From assembly GCA_964252035.1 (NCBI GenBank), contig OZ176205.1: a stretch of 64,000 nt of DNA; one strand, 5' to 3'. Position numbers and translations under genes: made by a program. The DNA is from Podarcis erhardii. Taxonomy: Eukaryota. The notes beneath the pieces are model-generated. The model saw only the letters and a program-made list of their open reading frames with translations. It was not told the origin of the DNA and did not search any database. Positions 12,661-41,424 of the stretch are shown piece by piece; position 1 is the stretch's first letter, and each line of letters starts with the position of its first letter.

Positions 12661-13342
12661 GAAGAGTATGATGTCGTTTTGGACAGAGAAGAAATCCAAA
12701 TTCTGCAACAAAGTATTGGAAAGAATCAAAGTTAGCTTCTCAGAAGGAAGCATACCTGCCAGCCTTTGCATTTCTTGGTGTGCTGGCAAAGTTGCATAAC
12801 CAGTTCAAATTTTCTTTTTGCAGGCAACAATCTATAGGAGCATCCCGTGGAAGGCATATTATCATACTAGCCTGTAATATGAATGATAGTTTCTAGGTTC
12901 ATTTAAAAGGGTTGCAGCCACCTTTATGCGCTCTGATGAAAAATGTCCCTGGTTGCTTCTGCAGCTGAAGATCAAGATGTAACAATGGATCTGAGGGTGT
13001 GCTACTGTTTATGGTGGAAGGATGGAAGAGGAGCAAATCATTTTCATATGGGGGACTGTTGGTATTGCAGGTTTGGAGACTAACCAGGTTGAGCAAATGT
13101 GCAATTCAGAATGACTCCAGGGCCAGTTTCAGTCTTACCTCCCCATACAACACGAGTAGGTTCCTAACCTGAGACTTGCTGTAATGTTTCCTAACCCTCG
13201 GTAGTGAAGCTCAGTTTACATAAGAGCAGGTTGGGATGGCTTGAACCTTAGTCAATCCTTTCTATTTAACAAGAGCTTACCAAAGTAACCATTGAACCAT
13301 TGAAATAACAATAGCAGATACCAGTGTGGTAAAGTACTGGAG

Positions 13343-13614
13343 CAGAAGTTCTCAAACACTTGCAGGCTCCATTGAGGTGGTTTGTGGAGTGGTCACAAGT
13401 ATCTGTACTTGGCCCTGCACTTTATATTTTCTGATGATAGAGATGGACTTCACAGAACGTTGCTCACAAAAAACAGGCATATCCATCGCATTAGAAATAA
13501 AAGACTGCAGTTATTTAGAGTATGAGTTATAAAACAAAAAAGTAGCTGGCTGAGACCTGCACCATCTACAGCATTTTCCAAGTGGTCCATGAAAAAATGG
13601 TTTGGGAACTGCTG
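13343..13614. mobile_element. hAT (Charlie/MER5-like) non-autonomous element
   Basis: Ends cagaagttctcaaac...gtttgggaactgctg; 8-bp TSD TACTGGAG/TACTAGAG. Confidence 0.6.
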
Positions 13615-15080
13615 TACTAGAGGTTTATGTAGACATCAGCTGGAGCTTCTGCATTTCCAAGGCAAAACATGTTCTTGGGGAAGAATATGCTTATGGGACA
13701 ACAGAAGCTGAAACAAAACCAGGCATCTTAAGTAAATGCAAAAAGTAGCATACTGACAATGCACTGTTCTAGGTCAAGTCTTGAAAAGTGAATTGGGTAT
13801 ACCGTATTTTTTTCCAAGTAAAGTTTGTTCCACTTCAGGCAGAGGAAGTACTTTGAATCTGGAAACGATAAGCATTTTGTGTAATCCTGGCTTGTTAAGT
13901 AACTGCTTTCACTGGTTAAAAAAGTCAAATTATATCAGAAATCTTCACATCAAATGTGGACTTAATGTTTAGCTAATGAGTGCAACCAAGTAGTTTATGT
14001 GTTTTGATCAGAAATTGGAGTAGTGATCTGTAATTAAGCCACCAAGCCATCTTATAGATTATTTATCTTGAATAGATGTGAAACCTTCACAATGCATATG
14101 GAAAGAACAAAGTACAGTTAGCTATATTAGGGGAAAAGCAGTACTCTGGTATTTCTATAGCAGTGGCCATGATTACACCCCGGTAAAGAGAAGTATCTAC
14201 ATTAATGCACAAAACAAGCAGTACTTGGCAGAGAATGTGCCTTCTAGGTTTGGGCATGTGGTACATTGCTGCACCTTCTCTCTTTCCACTGATTTCAGTG
14301 TTTCTGTCTGGTGTTCTTTGCACTGAAACATTCCTTTAAAAAGTAGCATTTTGAGGCTGTGTGCTATACCTTTCAGTTATTTATTTGAAGCTCTTACTTC
14401 CATGCTGCTTATCTAAGCACTCCACACTTTGCCTTATTAGGAAAGGTGTTGATCACTGGTGTGGTCATGGGCTGCTACAGGGCTTAGCATAAGATGTTGC
14501 TGCTTTCCGGAACCTGATACCTATGCAACTGCTGCCCAGGACCTTGACTCATGAGCTTGCATTGCACACAGCACTTGACCCACGTCTTCATAGGTGGTAT
14601 AAGTAGAGTAGAAGGTACAAGCAAGAGACTGTAAGAGGCCATGGAACTGAATCTTACTTTGCAGCATGGAGCAAAAAGCAACATAATCATTACTCGCTTG
14701 TGCAAAAGACTGCCTGTTATACCTTTCTTGTGCTTTTTTTTTTTTTTTTGTCTGGTATGGCATGGCAGTTGGAGAATGGAATGTGTAGGTGATGTTCTGA
14801 AAATAGTGTTCAGAGGAAACAAACTTACGGAGATTAGGAGCAGTGCTCATGTCTAAACATGGCTTCTCCACAGTTATGCTGCATTTTGTAGTATGGTTTA
14901 TGGAGTTGCATACTTCCTTGGTTATTCAGTATTCTTGTTTGCCCCACTCCTGTCTATCTTAGCCTTTCTGTCTATAACTCTTAAGCTATTGCTATGCGGT
15001 GGTCTCTTTCTTCACTTTTTGGACCATGTGTGAAGGGTAGAGGTGTGTGACTTCTCTACATAGCGGGTGACCGTGTAAAA

Positions 15081-15202
15081 CAGGTATATGTGGTGCCCTC
15101 CTAATTATGATGGGCTACCATTACACCTAATGGCTATGCTGGCTGAGGCTTGTGGGAATTGTAGTTCAACAACATCTGAAGGGCCAATGGTTAGCCACCC
15201 TG
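15081..15202. mobile_element. hAT MITE
   Basis: Perfect 8-bp TSD GTGTAAAA; core gggaattgtagttcaacaacatctgaagggcc shared with other copies. Confidence 0.75.
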
Positions 15203-16764
15203 GTGTAAAATAACTCACCTGGCAGCTTCTAGGGCCTTGGCCTGCTACAGTATGCCCCTCTCACTTCAGCAAACTATTATAACAGCAGCAGAAGGTGAGC
15301 AGGAGCACCAGGAAAGCAGCTATGACATGGTATAAGCAGTGTTATAAACAGAAATATGAAAGCTAGGAGCTAAATGGCAGCTTAAACTTGGGGTATGGGC
15401 GCAACAATGGAATGTCTAGGCACACTTTTTTGTAACAAGAATGCAAAGCCGAAAATGAATGAACTGCAGCTAAAATATTATGTTCATTTTTCACATGGTC
15501 TATCCTTCCACTGCTCACCCACTAATATTCTTGAGGGTCTCTTCTCCAGTCTTCAGAGAGTAGCTGGAAGTGGAGAGGCAGAAAGGGTCCTATCCTTCCA
15601 CTCTGCAGTTTTAATCTGAAATCTTAGGCGCAGTACTGCACCCAGAGGTCAGAAGCTACTTGCGCTAACAGAATTCCCTGTTGCAAAATGTGCCTAGAAC
15701 AATGGGAGTTTTGAACACTGGGTATAAGCTAGTCTTACTTCTCTGTACTACCCTGTGCTAATTTATGCTGTGCTCATTTCTGGAGGTTCCTATTCTACCA
15801 GTTACTATCTCTCCTTCTCCCACTCCCATTACTTTTCTTTTTTGCTGGTATGTATCACAAGCCCCCACCCCAGGGATCATACATACGCAGCCAGATACTA
15901 AGAGCATTGGCCAGATGGGCTGTAATGTGCACAGCATACAGTGGCCCTCCTATTATCTGATAAACAATTATGAAGTTGATTTGGGTGTATTAATGTTTCA
16001 GAAAAGTTGCCCAAATAAGGAGAAAGGAAAGATGCCAATGGATTTAAAATAGAACTTTATTTGGCATAGCAAGGCCTACAAGTAGTGTTTAAAAATGGTT
16101 TTTTTATTGGCAAATTATTCTAAGTCTTAAAAATGTTACTAGCTCTAACTGAAGTAGGTTCTTGACTTAAGGGATATACCCTTACCTGGTACATCTTGTA
16201 CCTTGTGCTCAATGCAGTTTTGATTCCTGATTGGATGGCAGATGTTTACACAACACGGTGCCAGCTGTGTTATATTTTTCTTCTCTCTTAGGATATGGAA
16301 TGATGTTTCTCCTTTCTGTTTGATAGGCAGTGTCATATAGTCATGTTCAACAGAAATAACTTTGAGCATTATATTGGATGTACACATCTAAGGATGTCAG
16401 TGACTTCTGCTTGTGGGTCGGAAATGACGAGTGGATAAACATACCCTATCCTGCTACTGGGAGGAAAATGCTAGTACAAAACTCTTTCACTAACACAGAT
16501 CAACAGCCACCCCTTTCTTCATTCTGTGCTTTTAAACTCCAAAGAGCTGCAAAATATGTAACCTCCAGCTGAGCAGACAATGCATATTTTGTAGGAGTAT
16601 AACTGTATGGAGAACTATTGGATTTCATTTCTACTTGTTTCTATAGGATGCCATTGCCTCTCGTGTTCTTGTGTGCTTCCCATAGGTGTAGGTATGTGGT
16701 TGCCCACTGTGGTAAACAGGATCCTAGACAAGATGGGCCTTTGGTTTAATGCGGCAAGGCTGTT

Positions 16765-16975
16765 CTTATTTATTTACTACATTTGTATCCTGCCTTTCCT
16801 CCAAAGAGATATCAAGGAGATATATATACTTCTCCCCATTTTACCTTCAACCCACCTTACAGGGTTGTAGTGAGTTGAGTGGCCCAAGATCACCCAGTGA
16901 GCTTCATGGCTGAGTGGGCAAATGAACCCTAGTCTCCAAAGTCCTGTTCAGCACTCTACCCACTATACTGGCTCT
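16765..16975 (-). mobile_element. MIR-like CORE-SINE remnant
   Basis: ggcccaagatcacccagtgagcttcatggctgagtgg...tgaaccc core; similar to 41425-41540. Confidence 0.6.
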
Positions 16976-17755
16976 TTATCATAGGATTCTTATACCCCAG
17001 CTATTCAAAGCCTGGTTCTTGCTTCTGAGTCCTAAAATTCAGTTCCTCATGCTATCAGCAAATCTAACTCCTCGAGGATACAAAATCCTAGCCTCAATAG
17101 GAAAACTTTTCCCAACTTCTAGTTACACCTTTAACACTGGATGGTGTGGATTAGCTCAAGGTTCAACCAGAGTATAGAAACCTGCCCTCCTTCCTCAAGC
17201 GCACTCTTATCTGCTTTTCCCATGTATGAGAATATGGCAGAGGTTGAGCCTGGGCATTTAGGGGCAAGATTGGCTTTCAAGAGTGCCCTAAGTTTTAGCT
17301 AACTATAACTTCCACTTGCCAGTGGAAGCTGGATAAATGGGGATCTGTGGTATAATTTCACACGTGAATTAAGCTGCAGTGCTACACACCCCTGTTCCCC
17401 CAACAGAACCCCAAGTCTACTGTGCTGCCACTCTTAGCCCAGGGCTGCTTTATGTGCCCAGATAAACACCAGCACAATTGAGAGCACAGTGAGAAGAATA
17501 GGTTTACTTGGCTTCTTAACATAAAAAACACCATTTGGCAGAACTACTGTATTGTAGATGTCAGCCAGTTAAAATGTTGATCTATCCATCCACCAAGAGG
17601 AATGTCCAGGCCAGGGAAAGTGATATTCCTTGCCTTATACATGTGTCTAGTTATGGGTAGGAGGAAGAAGGTTGTGATAAAAACCATGTTTGGTTATCTC
17701 ATCTAGATGCAGAAAGGGAAGGCAACTTTTTCTCAGCATGGCCCGGCTGGTACTG

Positions 17756-17880
17756 TCATCCAGAAGGCTCATCTTCATATGCAATGGCAATTCCCCGTCG
17801 TCCAGCCACGGCTTTTGTGACTGCTGACTGCCCCAGCTGCTGCTCCAGCCCCCGCCAGCTTCGTGACTCCAAAAATGAGG
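17756..17880 (-). CDS. DPH2: DPH2 last coding exon (ASFLESRSW...YEDEPSG*)
   Basis: ttag|CC...TGA, 125 nt. Confidence 0.95.
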
Positions 17881-20800
17881 CTAAGACACACAAAAAATCA
17901 ATCAAACAAAAACAAAACAGAAGAACAATGATCATAGCATAAATGATTTCCCCAAGCTGAATTTCAGACACCACTCTGGAAGAGAACAGAGCTTACAGTA
18001 TATTCAAGATTATGGATGAAAGAGCCCATGGGGCCCACTGCCCCACTCATTACTGCAACTGTAAATGGAGGAAGGCGACTAGGCTGCTAATTGCTATTCT
18101 GACACTAGCATTAAACCTTTGAAACATTCACCACATAACAGACTTCAAAACAGCCATTTTCATCTCCCAAGAACAACCATTCATCACAAGAAAGGTCCTA
18201 ACAGATGAGATTTGCCACCATTTGTGTGGACCGTTAACATAATCTGTTCCCGACCCCTCGGACACATACCTGCTGGGCTACTCTCAGCCATATGCATATG
18301 GCTGCGGCAGGTCACAGAAGTGCCAGAGCTTGGCTCTGGGTCCGGTGCTGTATAAAGACAAGTTGAGCGTAGCTCGCCGGTGATGAGTGAAATGCTGGGT
18401 TCACTGTCAGCCTCTGAAACCTTGTCTGGGAAAGGGGTGTGTTCACATGCTCCTGCAGGCAACAGCAAGGGAAAGAGTAATAGCTAAGCTTGGCCCATCC
18501 AGAATCATGCCCTGCTTTTACCCACCTAAGGATGATCAAGAGGTGCAGAATTAGCACATGGAAAACAGCAGTGGGTGGGGTTGGCATTGCTCGCCTGGCT
18601 TCCCAACATGCTGCTTGTTACTGAGAGGTTGGGGAACTTGATAAGGGCATAGCTACTCTGATGCTTCCTTTCCTGCACCTATACCACACTGAGCTCCCCA
18701 CTGCCTTGCCCTTTCCCCTCTTGGTCACTGGCAGCAATGCATGGCATGGGGAAGCCTGGTGAGCAACATCAGCCCCACTGGCCACTGCAAGGTGCAACTC
18801 TTCTTTGACCACCATTTCATATGGCAAATGTGGAGAGGACTATGGGAGGTACGCATAGCCCAATTATATCTGCTTGCACAATGGAACTTCCCCACTTCCT
18901 CCTTTCCCAAATCAGCTCTGAAGGGTTAGGGGAACCTCTAGAATAGATTCAGGGCAAGAGGAGGGGGGAGTTTCATTGCGCAAGTGAAAGTCTTTGCACT
19001 GACAGGACATGTTACTATTTTGGATACAACCCTATGTATTTGAATTATCCCCAATGTAGAAATTGTTCCCTGCCGCTGGTCTGTCTTTGTGTGGGTGTAG
19101 GGAACTTTATGGTCATTGCTGCTGCAGCAGACTATGCCTTCAGGGCAGGCCCAAGAGCATTGGTAGAGCTGTGCAGCTTTTATGAGTCTGAAATTGCAAT
19201 TCATCGTGAGACTCAAGTTATCATTATAATAAAGCAACTTTCAAACCCTTATGCCTGCAGAGAGAATTTTGGAAGTGTGTGACCAAACATAATTTCCAGA
19301 GTCTGGTGTGAAAGGAGCTCACTGGTTGTTGCCTCTACTCATTTCTCCAGTTACGAATCCTAGTATTACCTGGTAGGAGGTGACGGAAATCTGTGACATA
19401 GCTGCCAGTCCAGGTCCGTGCTGGATTGCATGCCATCTCCAGCTCGTAGGGTGTGACCACAGGCCGGTAGAAGTCAGCTGAATCAAGCAAAGAGTTCTGT
19501 GGGCAGGCTACCAACACAAAAATGTCCACCTCTAGAAAGTTTGCCAGCTTTGCAGGGTTGGGTTTACCCACAGCCAAGGTATAGGCCCGTTTGCCTGCCC
19601 GCTGAATGATGCCACGCAGATGCTCCAGAACAGACAAGTAGTCTGCCACACCAAGAGTGCCCACCACAATGCCCACTACTTGGGCATCCCGTGCCCGCTC
19701 CACCAGATAGAGGCGTCGCCTCAGGGCCCGGTTCACATCCAATGTTTCCCGTCGGCCTTGTCCTGTCTGAGGATTAAAGGAGCTGAAGGGACACCGGTTC
19801 CAGCTCAGCATGAAGTTTGTGAGTTCTGGGCCTTCACAACCCACGTAGAACATGGCATAGTTGTCAAGACCATGCTGACTGTCCACTACAAAGTGCCTCC
19901 CAAATTTCTTCACCAGCCCGGGAACTGGCTGAAGTTCCTTGTTATCCAGTTGAGAGAAAACTACATTGGGATAAATGGGGTGCAGCAGAGCGGCCAGGTT
20001 ATCTGAGGGGAAGAGAAATGAAAAGTCATTCAGTTTAGAGACAATAACTGTCACATACGCCTCACTGTTCCAAATACTCAGCAGGCCTTTTCCATGGACA
20101 GGGAAGGGCCCTTGTGCTAGACACTAGGTTTAAAGCTGTGATGGGGGAACTCCTATCAGCCTCATGCAGCATAGCCAGTGGTCAGGGATGATGTGAGTTC
20201 TAGTCCAACAACATCTGGAGAGCAATAGGTTCCCCATCCCTGATTTAAAGGATGTAAACAGAGGGGAGTTAACTGAAAGCGAATATTACAAGGAAAGATT
20301 ACTTCTGTGGTCCTTTAAAAGAGAACAACCCCTCCAGCCGCCAAATCAGAAATATAAATTGGAACATTCACAGGAGTATTGTTTTGAATTTTCTCACTTT
20401 CATAGAATCATAGAACTTATAAAAGCCTCTTTGGCAGGTATCTGTGCATTAACTGACCACATTCCTAGTTCATTCAAACTACAAAGGTGTAAACACTGAT
20501 TAATTTATGTGGTTTTGCCTTTGAACATTAGCATGCAGGTCTATTAGCTTTGCTCTGAAGAATGTTATTGTTGAGGAAACTGCAAACTAGTATCCTAGTG
20601 GCAAATGAGGTGGGGAGCACAGAGAGAAATAGGCATTTCCTGGTTAATCCAGCCCTGAGGATAGTAGAGAGGGTTAAAAGCTGGGACTGAGTAACATTGG
20701 AAGGCAGATAAGACATAAAGGGCAGGACTGGCAAGGAGAGCACTGTTTGAGGTTAGAGGATGCCCACTGTAGCTTTTCCCCATCCTGGCCTGATGTATCT

Positions 20801-22928
20801 CTTGAATACCACCCACATTGTGATCTCCATGGTCTCACCAAGAGAATGAAAATAGGCCACTTCACTCAGCACAACCACATGAGCTAGAGGGTCTGGATGC
20901 AACTCCCGGAAGACTTCTGTGCAGCGCGCCACGTCTAGTTGTTTGCGGCCAAACACATGGAGCACGGGCAGCTTGCGGCAGGGACTCAAGCAGGCAGGGC
21001 CGTAGTGCACCACAGCCTCAGCGCCCACGTGCTCTGCTGCCACTTCATCCACGCAACAGCTAAAGAAAAGCAACAGCATTAGCTATGGAGGGCAGCTTTC
21101 CTCAAAACACCTACCACCTCTATCACACAGAAAAATGCTTCCTTTGTAGTAAATGGGTTACCATTGTAGAGACTGGATTTCCCCTGTCACCAGCTCACTC
21201 AGCATGCAAGGAGCCCCAAGCCTGACAGCAGATCGGAAAAATACTCTGTTACCAACACCCAAGATGCAGGAACTGGGGAGCAACTAATGATCCCAAAGTC
21301 CTACTCTCTTGTCATAAATAGTACCCCCACCCCAGCAGAGGCAGTCAAGAGACTGCTGACATATTACTACAGAACCCCTTGAAAATGCAAGCCTGCAGTA
21401 TAGTCCTATGCATGTTCTCAGCACTAAGTTCCATGTTTTCAATGAGGCTTACTCCCAAGTGTCTATAGGACTATGGCCTCAGCTTCTATCATGTGTTTAT
21501 GTGGAAGGAGGTTCCTGCTGTGACCTCACCTGCCGTATGATGTGTCCCCCAGAATGTACATTTTGGCACCAGTTGCTGCTTCCATCTTGCTAGCAAGGCT
21601 TGCTGAATCTGGCAAGAGTTCATCGGGAAACTGAAGAGCAACCTACAAAACAAACCCAAGATAATTATTCAGCACATGTCCACTGTACACAGCTAGCAGT
21701 ACTGTGGGTTTCCTGGGGAATTAGGCTTTGAAGAAAAAGGTCCCATCCACATGGACAGGATTTTTTCTTGTAAGTCTAATTGCCATGGGGAGAGGGGTTT
21801 GAAGGGTGAGGGTGGCAGCACTGGGGAGAGGGTTAATTTACCCCCCCCCCCCATCTGCATTGTGACTCCCTCAAAAACCTGCATACTGAGTGAAATGAAT
21901 TTCCTCTAAGCTTAACTGCAGCAGGGAAGGGCAAAGAGCAAAAGCAAAAAAATGAGGAAGAATGGGTGGGGAGAGAGAATAGAATGGATGGACATACATG
22001 TGTAAGCAGTGATGTGGGTTTGCCAGTCAATTCTGAACTGGAACAAAATCCTTCAAAAATTAGGACAGTGTGAACAGGGCAATATGTGATGCCCTAGAAC
22101 ACTAGCTTTCAACAGGTGGACTTGGGCCCACTGGTGGGTCACGGCCTGATCCAAGATGGGTCACAACAGGAGCATAACCACCGTGCAAATATATGATAAA
22201 AGATTAAGAAATAGTTTTCCATATGTATGTTGGGGTTAAAAGTGTGTCCTGGGTCTGAAAAGGTTGAAGAATACCTGCCTTAGAGAAGGGTCTAATTTGG
22301 TATTTTTATTTTACTTGTATTTAGCAAACAAGAGCTAAAAACTTGAAACTGCCAAGTTTGCCTAATGCTGTATTTGCAACTGGCATCCATTCATTGTTGA
22401 TCATGACCTTATGAAACATATTTTTTCCTTGTGGAAAAATAAAGCACCAGAAAGTCCACCTCACATCACTGGTGAAAAGGAAAAGGTAGGGGGAGAAGAG
22501 ATGTGCCTTGGGCGGCCTCAGCTCTCCCATCGCTGGCATGTTCCCCCTGGGAGATATGGCCCTTGGGGGAGGATTCCACATCTCTGCCTTAAATACTGTA
22601 GTGTGTGAGCTGCTTCTACATATTTATTTGTTTGGTAAACAAAACTTTTTAAAAGTCCCCCATATTTAGTGCCCCAATACTTGATTATTTGGGGCGGGGA
22701 TGTCCACTAACTCTAGGGGAAGAACTGACATTCATGCCTGTAGCTTTCTGGCAAAAGGGCAAACTACTGTCTCACCTTAGTGAAGCCATTATCAGATACA
22801 AATGTAGCTGCTCTCTCCAGTTCATAGAACTCTTCCAGCCTGGTGGTTGGGGGACGTCCACTTGCTTCTGCAGGAATCACGGCACGCTGCATAACCTCAG
22901 CACCATCACTGCTGAATGCTGTTGCCAT
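17756..22928 (-). CDS. DPH2: Diphthamide biosynthesis protein 2 (ACP synthase subunit 2), complete, 475 aa
   Basis: complement(join(22776-22928,21530-21642,20839-21059,19370-20002,18270-18452,17756-17880)) = 1428 nt, open, GT-AG, Kozak gccaccATGG. Motifs [63 protein letters not shown]. Confidence 0.97.
18270..18452 (-). CDS. DPH2: DPH2 exon (GACEHTPF...ESSPA)
   Basis: gcag|GA...G|gtatgt, 183 nt. Confidence 0.93.
19370..20002 (-). CDS. DPH2: DPH2 large exon (NLAALL...RHLLP)
   Basis: tcag|AT...G|gtaata, 633 nt; inside ORF 19335-20054. Confidence 0.96.
20136..20242. mobile_element. hAT MITE in a DPH2 intron
   Basis: TSD GTTTAAAG/ATTTAAAG; ccagtggtcagggatgat...caacaacatctggag core. Confidence 0.7.
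20839..21059 (-). CDS. DPH2: DPH2 exon (CCVDEVAAE...YFHSL)
   Basis: ttag|C...G|gtgaga, 221 nt. Confidence 0.95.
21530..21642 (-). CDS. DPH2: DPH2 exon ([10 protein letters not shown]...DTSYG)
   Basis: gtag|GTT...AG|gtgagg, 113 nt. Confidence 0.95.
22776..22928 (-). CDS. DPH2: DPH2 first coding exon (MATAFSSDG...NGFTK)
   Basis: gccaccATG...AAG|gtgaga; acceptor tttttgtag 17 nt upstream of the ATG, so exon is 22945-22776. Confidence 0.92.
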
Positions 22929-23270
22929 GGTGGCCTATATCCAAACTACAAAAATACAAGGTGATGCTCGTCCGCATAGCAATATCCCACTACTAGCAAG
23001 ATGCTGGATGACAATGGTCCTGAGCATCAGTTCTCCAAGGTCACATTTACAGGATCATATTCTATATTAATCAGTAGGGAACCGACATAGCTAAAACCCT
23101 TTGTATCCATGCTTCTAATCACTAACACTGATTAGAATGCCTCCTTCATTCAGAAACATGCACTGAAATGGGTTTGGAGAGAGACAAGAAAATGGCACTG
23201 AAGCGGCTTGGGAAACAGAAGAACTCAGGAAGGCTCCTTACACAAAGACAGACCACCGGTCTCTCTAGTT

Positions 23271-23406
23271 CAGCGATAGGCAAACTCGGCCCTCCAGAAG
23301 TTTTGAGACTACAATTCCCATCATCCCTGACCACTGGTCTTGTTAGCTAGGGATGATAGTAGTTGTAGTCCCAAAACATTTGGAGGGCCGAGTTTGCCTA
23401 TGCCTG
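23271..23406. mobile_element. Palindromic hAT MITE, 136 bp
   Basis: Long inverted arms of about 58 bp (ataggcaaactcggccctcca...tggagggccgagtttgcctat); perfect TSD CTCTAGTT. Confidence 0.9.
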
Positions 23407-23595
23407 CTCTAGTTCCATGTTGTCAAGAGGACTGACTGGCATTTCGGGCAGAAGCATTTCTCAACCTTACCTGGAACTGCCAGGAATTGAATCTGGAACC
23501 CCTTTGCACACAAAACAATTGTATCCCCCCGCCCGCCTGCCCGCCCGCCATAAGAAACATTAACTACTGTGCCCCATTACTGTCACTCTACTCAC

Positions 23596-23800
23596 CTAGA
23601 GGACCCCCCAACATCCAGCACATGGCCACCAATACACTTCCTGGGTGGGGTTAAAGGCACCCAATGAGAACGCCACGCTCCTTTCCCTATCGGAACGCGT
23701 CTTTTTTCTATCGCTTCGCTTCTCTTTCTCTCTCCTGCGTCATTAGCGGGAAGCTTTGCAGCCAATAAAAGATCCCGACACAGCAAGGCCCTCGGAAAGT
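23596..23800 (-). other. Putative non-coding first exon of DPH2 (5' end undefined)
   Basis: Strong donor CTAG|gtgagt at 23596/23595 on the edge of the CpG island; the ATG exon has its own acceptor. TSS position is a guess. Confidence 0.55.
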
Positions 23801-23996
23801 AGAATAAACGGGAAGCCTATCAGCGCGGTGCATTGTGGGGGTTGGAGTTTCGCCTTCCTCCCATCCGACCAATCATCCCAGCCGGCGAGAGGCGTCAGAT
23901 AAACTTCGTCTGGTCACGTGGAGCGTGGTTCCCGTCATTCTGTGGGTCAGGTGATTCCCGGTCGCGTTCAGTCCGTGCTGAGGACTCGCCGCCGCC

Positions 23997-40488
<16,492 letters not shown>

Positions 40489-40794
40489 GCCCTTTGCCAC
40501 CAGCCTGTCTGCCAGCTGCAGACTCTGTACATATTTATTTAATGTCTTCTGTTGGCTTGGGATGGAGCTTGGTGTATAAATTTATTCCCGTGATCTTTCC
40601 CTGTGAGGCCGTGGAAGAACCTGACCAACTGATGTGTGTGTGAGAAAGAATCTGTCCTCCTTTCCTTCCATCCTTTCCTGCTCCACTTCCCCTGAAAGAA
40701 GGGGCTGGATGGACCTAGGAGAAGGAGCCTAGAGTCTTCCAGCCCTTGCACTCTTTGTGGCAACCACTGCCAACAGCAATGCCATGTTCTGTGA

Positions 40795-40800
40795 AATAAA
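40795..40800 (+). terminator. ATP6V0B polyadenylation signal AATAAA
   Basis: AATAAA about 310 nt after the stop, followed by a GU/U-rich tract. Confidence 0.7.
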
Positions 40801-41424
40801 CTCATCCGTGTCCCAAGTAGTTTCCCTTCCTTGTGCGCCCCGTGCTGCTGTGCCCCTCCTGCTACCCCGGCTCCTGCTGCCTCTCACAGTCCACATTTTC
40901 TGGAACAGCCAGTGGTACTGGCTGAAGATTTGGCTCTGCAGGCTATGGGAGGTGCCCTCCTAGGTACATCTGTTCCATACTGAAGGGGTGCATAGGAGCT
41001 AAAAGTTGTGATTTTTTGAGTTCCCTGAAACTTCACAAATGATTGGTTAATTAAAATTAATTATGGGAAATGTCTGGTACTGTGATTAATAGTTGCTGTT
41101 TCTCTGTGGTATGCCTGCTGTTCATCAAACTGCTCAATGCAGGGGTGGGCAAACTTCAGGCTTATCTGGTTGTCTTTGTTTCTTTAACTGGAATCCAAAA
41201 TCTACTAACCAGGGGCAAAATATAGATTTATTTTTTTTAGAAGGGGTTCCTCTGAGCCCATTTTGAATCCTAGGAATTGGTTTTCAGTACTATAACGGAG
41301 CTCATAGTCCTTTTGCCCAAGTCTTCTCCAGCGTAACTTTCATCATTTCAGCGGCCAAATTTAGATGGGAAAGGTCATTTTGTTATTTCCTTTAGACAAC
41401 TGATAGTTGAAAAGCCCTGCTGAT

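Noticed and set aside
23460-23475. Minus-strand donor CCAG|gtaagg in a SINE remnant in DPH2 intron 1
   Set aside because: No convincing upstream acceptor to make an exon; exonisation is unsupported without RNA data.
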